DNA from: Felis catus
Taxonomy: Eukaryota
NCBI RefSeq assembly: GCF_018350175.1
Contig: NC_058369.1
Coordinates: forward strand, 8,682,001 to 8,746,000
Direction: 5' to 3'
Length of the DNA stretch: 64,000 nt
Below, piece after piece: positions 61,807 to 64,000 of this stretch. Under the pieces are notes generated by a model that saw nothing but the letters and a program-made list of their open reading frames with translations, was not told where the DNA came from and did not search any database. The stretch's first letter is position 1; the number at the start of each line of letters is the position of its first letter. Made by a program: the position numbers and the translations under genes.

Positions 61807-62282
61807 ATTAGCCCATGTTCTTTAGAGAAACGGAATCAATAGCAGGCGTATGTGTATGAGGAGGCCAGAGAGAGAGAGAGAGTTAGAGAAATTGAGATTG
61901 AGATTAATTTATTAATCTTAAGGAATGAGATCACATGACTCTGAAGTGTTAAAGTCCAGAACCTGCAGGGCGGGCTGGCGGGCAGGAGACCCATTGGAAG
62001 ATCTGCACTTCAGCTGCAAAGGCTGCCTGCTGCTGGGACTCCTTCCCGCTCGGGATGTGTCCCTCTTTTTCTTATTATTGGTGCCTTCACCTTACTGGAT
62101 GAGGTGCATCCACTCCGTGGAGGGTAATCTGCTTTACTCCAGGTCACCCGATTTAAATGTTAATCTCAAAACAAGTTGATCTCCTTCAAAAATCACCTTT
62201 ATAGAGATACACTCACAACGTTTGGACCAAACACCTGAGCACCATGGCCCAGCTAACTTTACTTGTAAAATTAAACATCCTC
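61807..62282. mobile_element. MLT2 (ERVL) LTR
   Basis: ggagggtaatctgctttactc...gatttaaatgttaatctc...caccatggcccagc motifs. Confidence 0.75.
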
Positions 62283-62302
62283 TATGGTTAATACCAATTT
62301 TT

Positions 62303-62303
62303 T

Positions 62304-62352
<49 letters not shown>

Positions 62353-63766
62353 TTTATTTTTCAAGTTTACATCCAAGTTAGTGCAATAACGATTTCAGGA
62401 GTAGTTTCCTTAGTGCCCCTTCCCCATTTAGCCCATCCCCCCTCCCACACCCACTCCAGCAACCCTCAGTTTGTTCTCTATATTTGAGTCTCTTATGTTT
62501 TGTCCCCCTCCCTGTTTTTATATTGTTTTTGCTTCCCTTCCCCTATGTTCATCTGTTTTGTATCTTAAATTCCTCATAAGAGTGAAGTCCTATGATATTT
62601 GTCTTTCTCTGACTAATTTCGCCTAGCATAATACCCTCCAGTTCCATCCACATAGTTGCAAATGGCAAGATTTCATTCTTTTTGATGGCTGAGTAATATT
62701 CCATTGTATGTATATACCACATCTTCTTTATCCATTCATCCACCGAGGGACATTGGGCTCTTTCCATACTTTGTCTATTGTCAACAATGCTGCTATAAAC
62801 ATGGGGGTGCATGTGCCCCTTCAAAACAGCACACCTGTATTCTGTGGATAAATGCCTAGTAGTGCAATGGCTGGGTCATAGGGTAGTTCTAGGTTTAATT
62901 TTTTGAGGAACCTCCATGCTGTTTTCCAAGAGTGGCTGCACCAGTTTGCATTCCCATCAGCAGGGCAAAAGAGATACTCTTTCTCTGCATCCTCATCAAC
63001 ATCTGTTGTTGCCGGGGTTGTTAACGTTAGCTATTCTGACAGGTGTGAGGTGGTATCTCATTGTGGTTTTGATTTGTATCTCCCTGATGGTGAGTGACGT
63101 TGAGCATTTTTTCACGTGTCGGTTGGCCATCTGGATGTCTTCTTTGAAAAGTGTTCATGTGTTTTGGCCATTTCTTCACTGGATTATTTGTGTTTTGGGT
63201 GTTGAGTTTGAGAAGTTCTTTATAGATTTTGGATACTAACCTTTTATCTGATATGTCGTCTGCAAATATCTTCTCCCATTCTGTCAGTTGCCTTTTAGTT
63301 TTGCTGATTGTTTCCTTCACTGTGCAGAAGCTTTTTATTTTGATGAGGTCCCAGTAGTTCATTTTTGCTTTTGTTTCCCTTGCCTCCGGAGACGTGTTGA
63401 GTAAGAAATTGCTGCGGGCAAGATCAAAGAGGTTTTTGCCTGCTTTCTCCTCGAGGATTTTGATAGCTTCCTGTCTTACATTGAGGTCTTTCATTCATTT
63501 TGAGTTTGTTTTTGTGTCTGGTGTAAGAAAGTGGTCCAGGTTCATTCTTCTGCATGTCGCTGTCCAGTTTTCCCAGCACCGTTCACTGGAGAGACCGTCT
63601 TTATTCCTTTGGATATTCTTTCCTGCTTTGTCAGAGATTAGTTGGCCGTACGTTTGTGGGTCCATTTCTGGGTTCTCTATTCTGTTCCATTGATCTGAGT
63701 GTCTGTTCTTGTGCCAGTACCATACTGTCTTGATGGATATAGCTTTGTAATACAGCTTGAAGTCCG
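62303..63766 (-). mobile_element. 5'-truncated carnivore L1 (ORF2 C-terminus, 3' UTR, (TAAA)n tail)
   Basis: ORF2 peptides [22 protein letters not shown] and KMNYWDLIKIKSFCT; TSD AATAC(C/A)AATTTTT at 62290-62302 and 63767-63779. Confidence 0.92.
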
Positions 63767-64000
63767 AATACAAATTTTTGTTCATTATGAGTTAATATTG
63801 AATGTCAAGTTTCAAACAGGCTGACATTTAAGTCTACCTGAAGACTTGCTCTTAGCATGTCAACTCAGTTTTATTTCTTTGCCCCAAAGTGCCTAGATGA
63901 TTTATTAGTTTCTTGTATAAAAAATCATCAACAGGGGCACCTAGGTGGCTCAGTCGGTTAAGCATTGACTTCAGCTCAGGTCATGATCTCGTGGTTCGTG

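Noticed and set aside
62303..63785. Active L1 element
   Set aside because: 5'-truncated to about 1.5 kb, with ORF2 split across frames

Overview
This is mammalian genomic DNA, most likely from a felid, judged by abundant feline-type CAN-SINEs and carnivore L1s. The gene order matches human 19p13.2. It contains exons 2-7 of CNN1 (calponin 1, + strand), the complete ELOF1 coding sequence (- strand, 83 aa, with a U12-type minor intron) and the complete ACP5/TRAP coding sequence (- strand, 335 aa, with a MITF/PU.1 promoter element). About 29 kb of mostly repeat DNA follows, then the CpG-island promoter and ATG-terminated first exon of a probable KRAB zinc-finger gene whose first intron runs off the window. 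Most ORFs in the supplied track are spurious (GC-rich frames or SINE/L1 frames). I found no convincing novel gene system. The best leads are the ELOF1 minor intron, a stop-free in-frame CNN1 3' UTR, an intronic CArG box, two orphan promoter-like elements, a solo LTR just upstream of the ZNF promoter, and several unusual SINE structures. Repeat family names and human comparisons are from recall, not database searches, and repeat boundaries are approximate unless a target-site duplication (TSD) is given.
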